A program made the translations under genes and the position numbers. The notes beneath the pieces were generated by a model that was given only the letters and a program-made list of their open reading frames with translations, did not search any database and was not told the DNA's origin. This document shows, piece after piece, positions 63,816 to 64,000 of a stretch of DNA of 64,000 nt. Source of the stretch: Podarcis muralis (lineage: Eukaryota); assembly GCF_964188315.1 (NCBI RefSeq), contig NC_135661.1:51770001-51834000 (forward strand), read 5' to 3'. The first letter of the stretch is position 1; every line of letters starts with the position of its first letter.

Positions 63816-64000
63816 ATGGTAACTTACATGGTGGCGGAGACAAGCCACTACGATTTAAAGTGCCACCCATTAAAACAAAATTCATCTCCTCTCCTGAACA
63901 CTGGAACACTTCCACGTAACGGTCCTTCATCATCTTCTTGTGACACTTCTGGGCCACCAGGAAAGCCCGGTCAGAAGATTTCATCTGGATAAAAGCATCG
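63816..64000 (-). CDS. ESRP2: ESRP2 exon encoding the end of RRM3 and GLSPPP(CKLP); truncated by the window edge, alternative end at 63828
   Basis: Encodes [57 protein letters not shown], followed by two CAT|GTAAGT donors 12 nt apart. Confidence 0.93.

Larger units (their letters stand above)
51243..64000 (-). other. ESRP2: ESRP2 gene, 3' portion (5' part lies beyond the window end)
   Basis: Spliced exons give ...RYVEVFQC...[15 protein letters not shown]...[20 protein letters not shown]...[10 protein letters not shown]...[19 protein letters not shown] and ALVRMQG are ESRP2-type motifs, and the convergent neighbour NFATC3 matches the known human NFATC3-ESRP2 arrangement. Confidence 0.9.

Noticed and set aside
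1-64000. Prokaryotic systems (CRISPR arrays, operons, defence islands) and the remaining 60-140 aa ORFs
   Set aside because: The sequence is intron-rich vertebrate DNA with no regularly spaced repeat-spacer array. The remaining short ORFs lack homology and are of chance length.

Overview
Eukaryotic (vertebrate) genomic DNA from a squamate reptile, probably a lacertid lizard judging from the Sauria-type SINEs. It holds two convergent intron-containing genes. (1) NFATC3 on the + strand: coding exons 2-10 at 5162-38660, all with GT-AG junctions and consistent phases. Exon 1 lies upstream of the window, and a ~3.7 kb 3' UTR probably ends near 42.35 kb. (2) The 3' part of ESRP2 on the - strand: the end of RRM3 at the window edge, two further coding exons, the usual stop-containing 'YAPDD...WVCL*' exon at 55754-55865, and a terminal exon starting at 51401. 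The main observation concerns that terminal exon. It is 3' UTR when the stop exon is included, but it carries an intact 52-codon frame. Skipping the stop exon joins that frame in phase to the orphan half-RRM of exon 59671-59848 and completes a fourth RRM. A cluster of ESRP-type UGGUG motifs lies just downstream of the stop exon, suggesting an autoregulated 3-RRM/4-RRM switch. Also present: tandem CKLP 5' splice sites in ESRP2, a candidate intronic polyadenylation isoform of NFATC3, a 7SK-derived pseudogene, and many transposon remnants (Sauria SINEs with TSDs, hAT and Tigger-like MITEs, CR1, L2, Rex1/Babar, a probable solo LTR). Splice isoforms are inferred from sequence only. Gene and repeat names come from recalled homologues, not from database searches.
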